The notes: generated by a model from the letters alone, not told the origin. A DNA stretch of 64,000 nucleotides from Luteimonas gilva (GCF_005239095.1 NZ_SZUA01000001.1:909049-973048), one strand, 5' to 3'; shown: positions 38,221 through 49,001, counted from the first letter of the stretch. Program-made: numbers and translations.

Positions 38221-41200
38221 TTACATATTCCGCCGATACTCCCCACCCACGTCATAAAGGGCATGACTAATCTGCCCCAACGAATGCGTCTTAACCGCCT
38301 CCATCAACGCCGCGAACACGTTCTTGCGGTCGCGGGCGGTGTTCTGCAGGTAGGCCAGGCCGTGGCCGTCGTGGACGAAATTCTGCTCCTCGTCCGAGCC
38401 GGCCAGATGACCGTGTGAGGTCTCGCCGGACGGGGCCAGGGCGTTGCGGGATTGCTGCCAGTTGGCGACGTTGGCGATCTGCTGGCCTTTCTCTTCCTCG
38501 GTCGAGCGGATCAGTTCGATCTCGGTAGCGATCTCGCCGCCGTGTTCCTTGGGCAGGAAGGTATTCACGCCCACCAGCGGCAGGCTGCCGTCGTGCTTCT
38601 TGTGCTCGTAGTACAGGCTCTCTTCCTGGATCTTGCCGCGCTGGTACATGGTGTCCATCGCACCGAGCACGCCGCCGCGTTCGCTGATCGCTTCGAATTC
38701 CTTGTACACCGCCTCTTCCACCACGTCGGTGAGGTATTCCACCGCGAAGCTGCCCTGCCACGGGTTCTCGTTGAAGTTGAGGCCCAGTTCCTTGTTGATG
38801 ATCATCTGGATCGCCACCGCGCGGCGCACCGATTCTTCGGTGGGCGTGGTGATCGCCTCGTCGTAGGCGTTGGTGTGCAGGCTGTTGCAATTGTCGAACA
38901 GCGCGTACAGCGCCTGCAGCGTGGTGCGGATGTCGTTGAACTGGATTTCCTGCGCGTGCAGGCTGCGGCCGCTGGTCTGGATGTGGTACTTCATCATCTG
39001 CGAGCGCTCGTTCGCGCCGTAGCGCTCGCGCATGGCGCGGGCCCAGATGCGTCGCGCGACGCGGCCGATGACCGTGTATTCCGGATCCATGCCGTTGCTG
39101 AAGAAGAACGACAGGTTGGGCGCGAAGTCGTCGATCTTCATGCCGCGCGCCAGGTAGTACTCGACGATGGTGAAGCCGTTACTCAGGGTGAAAGCGAGCT
39201 GGCTGATCGGGTTCGCGCCCGCTTCGGCGATGTGGTAGCCGGAGATCGACACCGAATAGAAGTTGCGCACCTTCTGGTCGACGAAGTACTGCTGGATGTC
39301 GCCCATCATCCGCAGCGCGAATTCGGTGCTGAAGATGCAGGTGTTCTGCGCCTGGTCTTCCTTCAGGATGTCGGCCTGCACCGTGCCGCGCACGGTGGCC
39401 AGGGTTTCGGCCTTGATCCTGGCGTAGGTGTCGGCGTCGACCATCTGGTCGCCGGACACGCCCAGCAAACCCAAACCCAAGCCGTTGTTGGTGGGCGGCA
39501 ACTCGCCGTGGTACTGCGGACGCGCGCGGCCTTCGAACAATTTCGCCAGCTTCTTCTCCGCTTCCGCCCAGCGCTGCGGATCTTCCTTCAAATACTTTTC
39601 GACTTGCTGGTCGATGGCGGTGTTCATGAACATCGCCAGGATCATCGGCGCCGGGCCGTTGATGGTCATCGAAACGGACGTGGTCGGCGCGCACAGGTCG
39701 AAGCCGGAGTACAGCTTCTTCATGTCGTCCAGCGTGGGGATGTTGACGCCGGAGTTGCCGATCTTGCCGTAGATGTCCGGGCGCGGCGCCGGGTCTTCGC
39801 CGTACAGCGTAACGCTGTCAAAAGCGGTGGACAGGCGCGCGGCGGGCTGGCCGACGCTGAGGTAATGGAAGCGGCGGTTGGTGCGCTCGGGCGTGCCTTC
39901 GCCGGCGAACATGCGGATGGGATCTTCGCCGGTGCGGCGGTAGGGATACACGCCGCCGGTGTAGGGATAGCTGCCCGGCAGGTTTTCCTTGCCCAGGAAG
40001 GTCAGCAGCTCGCCCCAGCTCTTGTAGGTGGGCGCGGCGATCTTCGGCACTTTCTGGTGGCTGAGCGATTCGCGGTAGTTTTCGACCTTGATCGCCTTGC
40101 CGCGGACTTCGTATTCGGTGAATTCGTCGGTGATGGACTTCAGGCGTTGCGGCCAGTCGCGCAGCAGCTTCAGGTTTTCGCTGGTGAGGGATTGGACGGC
40201 GTCGTTGTAGCGTTGGCGCAAAGTCAGCAGCGAGCGGTCGACCGCTTGAGCCCCCTCTCCCGCCTGCGGGAGAGGGTTGGGGTGAGGGTGCGCCGCGACC
40301 TGGCTGCCCTCACCCGCGCTTTCGGCGCGACCTCTCCCGCTCGCGGGAGAGGTTTGGAGTGCGTCGGCGCCGTAAAGATCGAGTTGCTTAGGCAATTGCT
40401 CGTCGCCGAGTTCGTGCAACGCCTGCCAGAACGCCTGCGCGCGATCCGCGGCTTCGGCCTGCTTCTCGATGGAGGCGTTGATCGCCCTGCCCTGTTCGGC
40501 GATTTCGGCCAGATAGCGGACGCGGGCGCCGGGGATCAGCACGGTGGCGCGCGGTTCTTTCAGCGAGGTGTCGAGCTTCGGCGTCCAAGTTTCCGCCGGC
40601 AGATGCAATTTCTCGCGCAGCAGTCGCGCCAGGTTGACGAACATCCAGCTGACGCCGGGGTCGTTGAACTGGCTGGCGATGGTCGGATAGACCGGGACGT
40701 CTTCGTCCTTGGTCTTGAACGCGGTGCGGTTGCGCTTCCACTGCTTACGGATGTCGCGCAAGGCGTCTTCGGCGCCGCGCTTGTCGTACTTGTTCAGCAC
40801 GATCAGCTCGGCGTAGTCGATCATGTCGATCTTCTCAAGCTGGCTGGCCGCGCCGTAGTCGCTGGTCATCACATACATGGGGAAATCGACCAGGTCGACG
40901 ATTTCCGAATCGGATTGGCCGATGCCGGCGGTTTCCACGATCACCAGGTCGTAGCCCAGGCCCTTCAGGAACGCGATGCAATCCTTCAGCACGGCGTTGG
41001 TGGCCACGTTCTGGCGGCGGGTGGCCATCGAACGCATGTAGACGCGATGGCTGCGCAGCGAGTTCATGCGGATGCGGTCGCCGAGCAGCGCGCCGCCGGT
41101 GCGGCGGCGGGTCGGGTCGACCGAGATCACCGCGATCTTCATCTGCGGGAAGCTGGCCAGGAAGCGGTTAAGCAGTTCGTCGGTGACCGACGACTTGCCG

Positions 41201-41886
41201 GCGCCGCCGGTGCCGGTGATGCCGACCACCGGCGTCTTGCCGCCGGCCAGTTGCCATTCCTTGCGCAGCTTGGAGAGTTCGGCTTCGGTGTAGTCGCCGT
41301 CTTCGATGGCGGACATGACTCGACCGATCGAGATTTCGTCTTGTAGGGTGGGCTTCAGCCCACCTTTTGCGGCCTCTGGCGAATTAGCATCGTCCGGGTT
41401 ACGGCGGGCTGAAGCCCGCCCTACGTCTTCACGGGCTTTTTTGGCGCGCACAACCACGTCTTCGATCATTTCCACCAAGCCCATCTTCATGCCGTCGTTG
41501 GGGTGGTAGATGCGTTCGACGCCGTAGGCTTCCAGTTCGCGGATCTCTTCGGGCGTGATCGTCCCGCCGCCGCCGCCGAACACGCGGATGTGCGAAGCGC
41601 CGCGTTCCTTCAGCATGTCGACCATGTATTTGAAGTATTCGACGTGGCCGCCCTGGTAGCTGGACAGGGCGATGGCGTCGGCGTCTTCCTGCAGCGCGGC
41701 GCGGACCACGTCCTCGACCGAGCGGTTGTGGCCCAGGTGGATGACCTCGGCGCCTTGCGACTGGATCAGCCGGCGCATGATGTTGATCGCCGCGTCGTGG
41801 CCGTCGAACAGGCTGGCGGCGGTGACGAAACGCAGCGGGCTGCGGTCGGCGTCGGTCTGGGGGAGGCTGGCGGCGGGAGTGCTCAT
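38221..41886 (-). CDS. icmF: Fused isobutyryl-CoA mutase (B12-binding domain, MeaB-like GTPase, mutase catalytic domain)
   Basis: N-terminal B12 domain ([10 protein letters not shown]), G-protein ([12 protein letters not shown]), C-terminal methylmalonyl-CoA-mutase-like barrel; 1221 aa. Contains in-frame repeat-element insertions at about 41342-41425 and 40248-40358. Confidence 0.8.
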   Translation of the reverse strand: MSTPAASLPQTDADRSPLRFVTAASLFDGHDAAINIMRRLIQSQGAEVIHLGHNRSVEDVVRAALQEDADAIALSSYQGGHVEYFKYMVDMLKERGASHIRVFGGGGGTITPEEIRELEAYGVERIYHPNDGMKMGLVEMIEDVVVRAKKAREDVGRASARRNPDDANSPEAAKGGLKPTLQDEISIGRVMSAIEDGDYTEAELSKLRKEWQLAGGKTPVVGITGTGGAGKSSVTDELLNRFLASFPQMKIAVISVDPTRRRTGGALLGDRIRMNSLRSHRVYMRSMATRRQNVATNAVLKDCIAFLKGLGYDLVIVETAGIGQSDSEIVDLVDFPMYVMTSDYGAASQLEKIDMIDYAELIVLNKYDKRGAEDALRDIRKQWKRNRTAFKTKDEDVPVYPTIASQFNDPGVSWMFVNLARLLREKLHLPAETWTPKLDTSLKEPRATVLIPGARVRYLAEIAEQGRAINASIEKQAEAADRAQAFWQALHELGDEQLPKQLDLYGADALQTSPASGRGRAESAGEGSQVAAHPHPNPLPQAGEGAQAVDRSLLTLRQRYNDAVQSLTSENLKLLRDWPQRLKSITDEFTEYEVRGKAIKVENYRESLSHQKVPKIAAPTYKSWGELLTFLGKENLPGSYPYTGGVYPYRRTGEDPIRMFAGEGTPERTNRRFHYLSVGQPAARLSTAFDSVTLYGEDPAPRPDIYGKIGNSGVNIPTLDDMKKLYSGFDLCAPTTSVSMTINGPAPMILAMFMNTAIDQQVEKYLKEDPQRWAEAEKKLAKLFEGRARPQYHGELPPTNNGLGLGLLGVSGDQMVDADTYARIKAETLATVRGTVQADILKEDQAQNTCIFSTEFALRMMGDIQQYFVDQKVRNFYSVSISGYHIAEAGANPISQLAFTLSNGFTIVEYYLARGMKIDDFAPNLSFFFSNGMDPEYTVIGRVARRIWARAMRERYGANERSQMMKYHIQTSGRSLHAQEIQFNDIRTTLQALYALFDNCNSLHTNAYDEAITTPTEESVRRAVAIQMIINKELGLNFNENPWQGSFAVEYLTDVVEEAVYKEFEAISERGGVLGAMDTMYQRGKIQEESLYYEHKKHDGSLPLVGVNTFLPKEHGGEIATEIELIRSTEEEKGQQIANVANWQQSRNALAPSGETSHGHLAGSDEEQNFVHDGHGLAYLQNTARDRKNVFAALMEAVKTHSLGQISHALYDVGGEYRRNM
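40248..40358. repeat. Composite hairpin element, family C (CCTCTCCCGCNNGCGGGAGAGG x2 plus GGGTGAGGG...CCCTCACCC), inside icmF coding sequence
   Basis: Three consecutive hairpins. A single-hairpin copy CCCCTCTCCCGCTTGCGGGAGAGGGG lies intergenic at 28105-28135. In icmF they encode ...[37 protein letters not shown]... in frame. Confidence 0.7.
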
Positions 41887-42173
41887 GGGCCGTCTGTACG
41901 GAAACTGGGGTGTCCGTATTGTAGCGCCTTGGCTTTTCGGGGCTGCGAAGGGCGCTGACCCGGCTTTTTTGTGGGAGCGGCTTTAGCCGCGAGCTCTTTC
42001 CCCCAAATCGTTGCGGACGCCGCGATTTGATAGAAAAAGCTCGCGGCTAAAGCCGCTCCCACAGAGAGCGAAGCTCGACAGGGGCTGAACCGGAATTCGG
42101 CGCGCGTCATCGGAGCCGGCATGGGAGCGTTGTCGGGAGCGACGGCGATCCGTCATTCCACCTGGAGTCCCGT

Positions 42174-42494
42174 ATGAACCTGCGTCCCCTCCTCCTCGCC
42201 GCCGCGATCGCGGCCTTGCCGCTGGCGGCCTTGCATTCCGAAGCCGCACAGGCGCGCGGCTACGTCAGCATCAATGTCGGCATCGCGCCACCGCCTCCGC
42301 GTTACGAGCGCGTGGTGGTGCGTCCGGGTTACGTCTGGGCGCCGGGTTATTGGCGCTGGAACGGCCGCCGCCATGTCTGGGTCGGCGGCTATTACGCGCC
42401 GGCGCGGCGCGGTTATGCGTACGTGCCGGCGCGTTGGGAACCTTATCGCCATCAGTGGCGGTTCCACGACGGTTATTGGGTGCGGCGTCGTTAG
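42174..42494 (+). CDS. Small secreted protein with YxWxPGYW-type aromatic repeats
   Basis: Signal peptide; repeats GYVWAPGYWRWNGRRHVWVGGYY...; flanked on both sides by REP elements. Confidence 0.5.
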   Translation: MNLRPLLLAAAIAALPLAALHSEAAQARGYVSINVGIAPPPPRYERVVVRPGYVWAPGYWRWNGRRHVWVGGYYAPARRGYAYVPARWEPYRHQWRFHDGYWVRRR

Positions 42495-42626
42495 AGGTTC
42501 GGTATGCGGGAGCGGCTTCAGCCGCGAGCTCTTCCCATTCAAAGCGACAATCGAGAGCTCGCGGCTGAAGCTGCTCCCACAAAAGCACAGGCAGCGGGCA
42601 AGCCCCGCTCTACAAAGCAGCCTCGC

Positions 42627-44699
42627 CTAGATATCCAAGGCTCGACAAAGCACGCTGCGCCGATCGTCCAATCCGGCTTCCGAACGGTGCATGTCGAAAC
42701 CCGTCTCGCTGGTGCTGCGCCGGCCCAGGATGCGGGCGATGGTGGCTTCGAGCGTGGCGCGGTCGTCGTCGAAGCCGCCGTGCGCGGTGGCGTTGGCGCT
42801 GTCCGGCGGCGGCGCCGGCGTGGGCGAGAGGATCCAGGTCAAACGGCCCTCGTGCAGCAGTTGGTGCACGCGTTCGTAGCCGTACGCCTGGTCGGCCGGC
42901 GTTTTCGCTTCGATGAAGCGGGCCATGCCGGCCAGCGGCGTGCCTTGGCTCAGGCGCCGGTCGATCCAGCTGCGGGCCTGTTTTTCGAAAGCGTGCGCGA
43001 TCAGGTACAGCAGCGACTTGTGGTAGACGCCGGCGCAGTGGTCGTCGTTCTCGGCTTTGTCGGTGAGGGTGAACACCGCGGCGCGTTCGATGCGCTTGTT
43101 CTCGATGGCCGGCACGAAGCTCATCAAGAAAGAGTCCATCGTCATCGCCGGCGCCCACAGATTGACGCTTTCGATCTTGCCGCCCAACCCGGACATGCCG
43201 TGCGCCGGGCCGCCGACGATCTGCCCGGAAGTAGTCAACAACTGCACCAGCGGCGCCATCAGCACGCTGCCGCCGCTGTGCGCGGCGACGTGGATCTCCA
43301 CCGACGGATCCTGCTGTTGCCATTCGTGCAGGAGCCGCGCGACCAAGGCCGCGCCGCCGGCTTCCTGCAGACCGTCCGCGGTGCGCACCACGGCGGTGGT
43401 GGCGAGGACGGCGTTCTCCTTCATTTCGTCCCACAGCGCCTTGCCGCCTGCGGCGCGCGCCAGCGGCTCGATGGTGTCGTCCAGGCGATCGAGCAGCAGT
43501 TCCTTGGCTTTGTCCATCAGGCCTTCGCTGCGCGGCTTGGCGCAGTCGCGCAGTACGTTGCCGAGCGTGCTCCACAAGTCGGTCTTCCAGACGAAGCACA
43601 GCGGGTAGATTTCCTCCTTCAGCATGGCTTCGCGGTAATCGGCTACGCGCTGGGTCGCCGCCTGCTCGGGCACCAGGCCGCCGTGCGCGTACAGCATCAC
43701 GCGCTTCTTTTTCCAAGTGCGCATGGCGTCGCGCATGTCCTTGCGGATCAGGTTGCGCACGTCCTCGACCGTGGTGCCGAAGCGGCCGCTGTCGCGCAGT
43801 TGGCCGTTGTTGCCCAGGCTGACGAGGTGCGGGCGCAGATCGGCCTGCGCGTAACCGGTGGACTGAGGCGCCAAGGCCGAGTTGCTCACCGCCGCCGCCT
43901 GCGCGCGGCGCAGGTGCACCGGCACCGCCAAGCGCGCGACCCAAACGTCGGTGCCGCGCTGCAGCCATTCGTCGTAGCTCACATGGCCGAAGCCGCCGCG
44001 GCCCCAATCGCGGCCCCAGGAATTCTGGAACCAGAAGCCATCGGCGTCGTAGCCGACGATGGCGAAGGCGTGGTAGCCCGCTTCGCGCTGTTCGTTCCAA
44101 ACCAGCCGGCCGTTTTTGGGCGGATCGAGCCAGCCGTCGTGCACGCCGCAGGACGCGTACAGCACGCCGACTTCGGCGAAGGCCGCGTGCATCGCCACCA
44201 GATCCTTGTGGTTGACGCGCAGATAGGCGCCGAGCGGATAGTTCAAGGCCTCGCGCGCGCGTTCTTCGGTGTAGGGCTCCATCTGCATGCCCGGCGTGTA
44301 CGGCCAGCGTTTTTCCGAACACACGCCGTGGCGGTGCCAGCCCTTCATCGCGCCGCGGCAACTGGAGCCGGAATAGCTTTCGCCGCGCCATTCGTCGTAG
44401 CGCCGCGCCATGTCGTAGAGCATGCGCGTGCTGACCTGGGTGCGCACCGGGCCGGAGCTGCGGGTGCGCAGCAAGGTGTGCGCGACGGTCGCGAGGGCGA
44501 AGGCGGTGCAAGCGCCGTCGTCGCCTTGGTCCAGCACCGGCACGCCCAGGCGCAGGTGGCGCGACAGCGGCACCGAGGTCGGCACGTCGACCAGGGTCGG
44601 TTCGAACATGCGGTCGCGGAAATCGGCGGTGTCGGGGCGCGCGTCGAACAGACGCGATGCGGGGGCCGTTTTGCGGGGTGTTTTCTTGCGGGTAGCCAT
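42627..44699 (-). CDS. Papain-like (C1 family) cysteine peptidase fused to an alpha/beta-hydrolase-like (GxSxG) domain
   Basis: N-terminus QGDDGACTAFALA (Cys), GYHAFAIVGYD (His), FQNSWGRDWG (Asn). C-terminus VAAHSGGSVLMAP nucleophile-elbow-like motif. No signal peptide. Confidence 0.55.
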   Translation of the reverse strand: MATRKKTPRKTAPASRLFDARPDTADFRDRMFEPTLVDVPTSVPLSRHLRLGVPVLDQGDDGACTAFALATVAHTLLRTRSSGPVRTQVSTRMLYDMARRYDEWRGESYSGSSCRGAMKGWHRHGVCSEKRWPYTPGMQMEPYTEERAREALNYPLGAYLRVNHKDLVAMHAAFAEVGVLYASCGVHDGWLDPPKNGRLVWNEQREAGYHAFAIVGYDADGFWFQNSWGRDWGRGGFGHVSYDEWLQRGTDVWVARLAVPVHLRRAQAAAVSNSALAPQSTGYAQADLRPHLVSLGNNGQLRDSGRFGTTVEDVRNLIRKDMRDAMRTWKKKRVMLYAHGGLVPEQAATQRVADYREAMLKEEIYPLCFVWKTDLWSTLGNVLRDCAKPRSEGLMDKAKELLLDRLDDTIEPLARAAGGKALWDEMKENAVLATTAVVRTADGLQEAGGAALVARLLHEWQQQDPSVEIHVAAHSGGSVLMAPLVQLLTTSGQIVGGPAHGMSGLGGKIESVNLWAPAMTMDSFLMSFVPAIENKRIERAAVFTLTDKAENDDHCAGVYHKSLLYLIAHAFEKQARSWIDRRLSQGTPLAGMARFIEAKTPADQAYGYERVHQLLHEGRLTWILSPTPAPPPDSANATAHGGFDDDRATLEATIARILGRRSTSETGFDMHRSEAGLDDRRSVLCRALDI

Positions 44700-44923
44700 C
44701 TGCCTTCCTTCATGGGCGCCGCTTTTGTGGGAGGGGCTTCAGCCCCGACTGGCGCTGTCGGGGCTGAAGCCCCTCCCACAAAAGCGGCTGCATCTGCGGA
44801 TGAGGAATCGTACGAAAGCCGCGTCTCCCAAACCGCGACTGCCCTCCCGCTCCGCTTGTCGCTTTGCGCCGCCCCGCCGATACTGCGGCGAATGGCCCGT
44901 ACGACGGCTCTGGGGAATCACGA

Positions 44924-46480
44924 ATGACGCGCGTCCAACGCATCCTGGCCTGGGGCGCTCTCGCCACGGCGTTGTCGCTGGTCAGCGGCTATTTCCTGGC
45001 CGATTACCTGACCCCGCAAGCCACCGGCGAACCCAGCCGGGCCTTGCCGGTGCGAGCGGCGCAGACGGCGCTGGACCGCGAACTGGTGCCGCTGCTGGCC
45101 CGCCATCCCGGCCAAACCGGCGCATTGATGCTGACCGACGGCGTGGACGCCTTCGCCGCGCGCGCGATGTCGGCGCGCAGCGCCGGACGCAGCCTGGATC
45201 TGCAGTACTACATCTGGCACGACGACCTCACCGGCCGCCTGCTCGGCCGCGAGGCCTATCGGGCGGCCGAGCGCGGCGTGCGCGTGCGCATGCTGATCGA
45301 CGACATGAACGCGGAAGGGCTGGATTCCAAGCTGCTCGCGCTGGACCAGCATCCGAACGTCGAGATCCGCGTCTACAACCCGTTCCGCAACCGGCGCGGC
45401 CTGTGGCGCGTGTTGGAAATGGTGCAGCGCATCTTCAGCGTCAACCACCGTATGCACAACAAAGCCTGGATCGCCGACGGCCGCGTCGCAGTGGTGGGCG
45501 GGCGCAACATCGGCGAGGAGTATTTCGGCGCGGGCAAGGACGTCAATTTCCGCGACCTGGACCTGCTGCTGTTCGGCCCGGCGGTGAAGGACGCCAGCGG
45601 CATCTTCGACCAGTACTGGAACAGCGAGGCGGCGGTGCCGCTGTCGGCGTTGTCCAAGAAATATCCGCGCGAGCTGAAGTTCCTGATCGATCAAGTGAAG
45701 ATCGAAGCCGAAAGCGACCAGGCCAAGCGTTACCTGAGCCGCGTCGAAGGTTCGTCGAACGTGCGCAAATACATGGCCCAACAGTTGGAGCCGTTCTGGA
45801 GCGACCGGATCCGCGTCGTGGCCGATCCGCCTTTGAAATGGAAGAACGACGATCGCGAAGGCTGGCTGGCGCAACGCATCCAGGGCGAGCTGGGCGATGC
45901 GAAGCGCAAGGCGCTGGTGATCTCGCCCTACTTCGTGCCCGGCGACGGCGTGTCCGCGCACCTGCGCAAATTGGCGCGCGACGGCGTGGCCGTGGGCGTG
46001 GTCACCAACTCGCTGGCCGCCAACGACGTGTTCGCGGTGCACAGCGGCTACAGCCGGTACCGTCCCGACCTGCTGCGCGGCGACGTGCGCCTGTACGAAA
46101 TGCGTTCGCAGGCGCGGCCGGGCGCGGCCAGCCTGTTCGGCAGCAGCGGCGCCAGCCTGCACACCAAGGCCTTCGTGGTGGACGACGCGCGCGGCTTCAT
46201 CGGATCGTTCAACCTGGATCCGCGTTCGGTCGACTTGAACACCGAAATGGGCGTGCTGTTCGAGGATCGCGGCCTGGCCGTGGCGCTGCGCAACGAATAC
46301 CTGCGGCTTTCTTCGCCCGAGCTCAGCTATTGGGTGTATCTGGACCGCGACGGCGACGTGCGCTGGCTGGACCGCGCGCAGAAGCCGCCGTTGATGATCG
46401 AGCACGAACCCGACACCGGCGCGATGAAGCGCGCCGTCACCCGCGCGATCGGCTGGCTGCCGATCGAATCGCAATTGTGA
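44924..46480 (+). CDS. Phospholipase D family protein (two HKD motifs, ClsB-like), N-terminal TM anchor
   Basis: HNKAWIADGRVAVVGGRNIGEEY and HTKAFVVDDARGFIGSFNLDPRS HKD motifs. Confidence 0.75.
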   Translation: MTRVQRILAWGALATALSLVSGYFLADYLTPQATGEPSRALPVRAAQTALDRELVPLLARHPGQTGALMLTDGVDAFAARAMSARSAGRSLDLQYYIWHDDLTGRLLGREAYRAAERGVRVRMLIDDMNAEGLDSKLLALDQHPNVEIRVYNPFRNRRGLWRVLEMVQRIFSVNHRMHNKAWIADGRVAVVGGRNIGEEYFGAGKDVNFRDLDLLLFGPAVKDASGIFDQYWNSEAAVPLSALSKKYPRELKFLIDQVKIEAESDQAKRYLSRVEGSSNVRKYMAQQLEPFWSDRIRVVADPPLKWKNDDREGWLAQRIQGELGDAKRKALVISPYFVPGDGVSAHLRKLARDGVAVGVVTNSLAANDVFAVHSGYSRYRPDLLRGDVRLYEMRSQARPGAASLFGSSGASLHTKAFVVDDARGFIGSFNLDPRSVDLNTEMGVLFEDRGLAVALRNEYLRLSSPELSYWVYLDRDGDVRWLDRAQKPPLMIEHEPDTGAMKRAVTRAIGWLPIESQL

Positions 46481-46499
46481 GCCCGGGGCGCGGACGGCG

Positions 46500-47684
46500 A
46501 TGAGCCCGACCGCCGACCGCGACTTGGCCGCGCTGCGCATCGCGATCGACGGCGGCGATCCGGAAGCGATGCTGCGGCTGGCATCGGCGCTGGCGCAGCG
46601 CGGCGAGACCGAACAAGCCTTCGCCATGCGCAAGCGCGCGGCGATCGAAGGCCATGCGCCGGCGCAGACCGCGCTGGGGCGCATGCTGTTGCGCGGCGAA
46701 GGCTGCCTGCCCGATCCGCGCACCGCGGTGTATTGGCTGCGCCGCGCCGAAGCGACCGGCGACGCCGAGGCCAGCTACCACTTGGCCTTCGTTTCGCTCG
46801 GCGGCGTGGCGATGCCGCGCGACGGCCGCATCAACGAACGCGTGCTGGCGGCCGTGCAGGGCGATTTTCCGCTGGCGTTGCGCGCGGCCGCGATCCATTT
46901 CGGACGCAAGCGCCACGAAGTCGACCAAAGCGCCTGCGTGCGTTTGCTGGAACGCGCGGCGAACTACGGCGACGCGATCGCGGCGCAATTGCTGGCCGAG
47001 CGTTCGATGCGCGGCGAAGGTTGCCCCGTCGACGCCGAAGCGGCGCATCGCATCCAGCGGCGCTTGAGCGAACTGGGCGTGCCCGCCCTGCCCGATATCG
47101 CCATTCCGGCCGCGGAACGCGAAACCAAGGAGATGCCGCCTGGCACGATCGCCTTGGAGGACATCCTGCACGCGCAATCGGCGCGGACGCTGTCCGAAAC
47201 GCCGCGGGTGTTGCAGATCGACGGCTTGTTGTCGGCGGACGAATGCCGGTTCCTGATCGCGACCGCACAAGCCGGCGGCGGCGATGCGAACGAACGCAGC
47301 ATCGACATCGCCGGCGAGGATCTGGCGGTGCGCTTGATCGAAGTGCGCATGGCGCGCTCGGCGCGGATGGAGCTGGCCCAGGCCGAGCCGCTGCTGCTGT
47401 CGCGCTTCGGCGCCGCGCAGCCTTATCTCCCCGGCGCGGGCGAGGCGGCGCCCGACGATCCGGACGAACGCTTGCGCACGATCCACGTGTTCCTGAATAC
47501 GGTCGAAGGCGGCGGCGGCATCGCGTTCGATGCGAGCGGGCCGATCGCCGCGGCAGCCGGGCGCGCGGTGATCGTGGACGGCATAGCGCCGGTCGACGAC
47601 GCGCCGGCGAGGCCTTCGACCGCAGGCGCGCATAAATGGCTGGCCACCCTGCGCTTCCGGCGCCGCCGCTTCCGCAGCTTCTGA
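46500..47684 (+). CDS. Sel1-repeat protein with C-terminal prolyl-4-hydroxylase-like (possibly degenerate) domain
   Basis: Sel1/TPR-like repeats (AQTALGRMLLRGEG..., AIAAQLLAERSMRGEG...). C-terminal RTIHVFLNTVEGGGGIAFD resembles the P4H core, but an HxD motif is not evident. 20 nt downstream of the PLD gene. Confidence 0.5.
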   Translation: MSPTADRDLAALRIAIDGGDPEAMLRLASALAQRGETEQAFAMRKRAAIEGHAPAQTALGRMLLRGEGCLPDPRTAVYWLRRAEATGDAEASYHLAFVSLGGVAMPRDGRINERVLAAVQGDFPLALRAAAIHFGRKRHEVDQSACVRLLERAANYGDAIAAQLLAERSMRGEGCPVDAEAAHRIQRRLSELGVPALPDIAIPAAERETKEMPPGTIALEDILHAQSARTLSETPRVLQIDGLLSADECRFLIATAQAGGGDANERSIDIAGEDLAVRLIEVRMARSARMELAQAEPLLLSRFGAAQPYLPGAGEAAPDDPDERLRTIHVFLNTVEGGGGIAFDASGPIAAAAGRAVIVDGIAPVDDAPARPSTAGAHKWLATLRFRRRRFRSF

Positions 47685-47900
47685 AGCCGGCAGTTTCTGA
47701 ACCACGCGGCTTCTGAACCAGGGTTTCCCCATCCGGCCGCGTATGCGGCTTTGCGCCGGGAACTGACTTAGAATATTGCGCCTGCCAGGTCCCGGCGGCC
47801 GTTTACGAACGCCGGGAAATGCAGGCATTTCAATATCTTAATCCACACCCTTAACGTCCCGCACGATGCGCAGATCCGGCGTCGGCGCTTGGAGTTCACG

Positions 47901-49001
47901 ATGATTTTCGAAACGCTCGACACCTTCGGCCACGAGCAGGTCGTTTTCTGCCACAACAAGGACGCGGGCCTGAAGGCCATCATCGCGATCCACAACACGG
48001 TGCTCGGCCCCGCGCTGGGCGGCACGCGCATGTGGCCGTACAAGACCGAGCAGGACGCGCTGAACGACGTGCTGCGCCTGTCGCGCGGCATGACCTACAA
48101 GAACGCGGTGGCGGGCCTGAACATCGGCGGCGGCAAGGCGGTGATCATCGGCGATCCGGCCGCCGACAAGTCCGAAGCGCTGTTCCGCGCGTTCGGCCAG
48201 TTCGTCGAATCGCTGGGCGGGCGCTACATCACCGCCGAAGACGTCGGCATCGACGTCAACGACATGGAATACGTGTACCGCGAAACCGAATACGTCACCG
48301 GCGTGCACCAGGTGCACGGCGGTTCGGGCGATCCCTCGCCGTTCACCGCCTACGGCACGCTGCAGGGCCTGATGGCCACGCTCAACAAGAAGTACGGCGA
48401 CGAGGAAGTCGGCAAGTATTCCTACGCCGTGCAGGGCCTGGGCCACGTCGGCATGGAATACGTGAAGCTGCTGAAGGAACGCGGCGCCAAGATCTTCGTA
48501 ACCGACATCAACAAAGGCCTGGTCGACAAGGCCGTGTCCGAGTACGGCGCCGAAGCGGTGGGCCTGGACGAGATCTACGACGTCAACTGCGACGTCTATT
48601 CGCCGTGCGCGCTGGGCGGCACCGTCAACGAGCAGACCCTGCCCCGCTTGAAGGCCAAGATCATCTGCGGCGCGGCCAACAACCAGCTGGCCAACAACGC
48701 GATCGGCGACGAAGTGGAAAAGCGCGGCATCGTGTACGCGCCGGACTACGCGGTCAACGCGGGCGGCGTGATGAACGTGGCGCTGGAACTGGACGGCTAC
48801 AACCGCGAACGAGCGATGCGCATGATGCGCACCATCTACCACAACCTGGCGCGGATCTACGAGATCTCCGAGCGCGACGGCATCCCGACCTACCAGGCCG
48901 CCGACCGCCTGGCCGAAGAGCGGATCAGCGCGATCGGCAAGCTCAAGCTGCCGCTGGGCCGCGCGGCGCCACGGTTCCAGGGACGCATCCGCGGACACTG
49001 A
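47901..49001 (+). CDS. ldh: Leucine (Leu/Val/Phe) dehydrogenase, Glu/Leu/Phe/Val dehydrogenase family
   Basis: GGTRMWPY...GLNIGGGKAVIIGDP catalytic lysine block; about 366 aa. Confidence 0.8.
   Translation: MIFETLDTFGHEQVVFCHNKDAGLKAIIAIHNTVLGPALGGTRMWPYKTEQDALNDVLRLSRGMTYKNAVAGLNIGGGKAVIIGDPAADKSEALFRAFGQFVESLGGRYITAEDVGIDVNDMEYVYRETEYVTGVHQVHGGSGDPSPFTAYGTLQGLMATLNKKYGDEEVGKYSYAVQGLGHVGMEYVKLLKERGAKIFVTDINKGLVDKAVSEYGAEAVGLDEIYDVNCDVYSPCALGGTVNEQTLPRLKAKIICGAANNQLANNAIGDEVEKRGIVYAPDYAVNAGGVMNVALELDGYNRERAMRMMRTIYHNLARIYEISERDGIPTYQAADRLAEERISAIGKLKLPLGRAAPRFQGRIRGH

Noticed and set aside
46654-47647. Multiple overlapping ORFs inside the Sel1/P4H gene on both strands
   Set aside because: Frame artefacts of high GC. 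Only the 46500-47684 frame gives Sel1 repeats.
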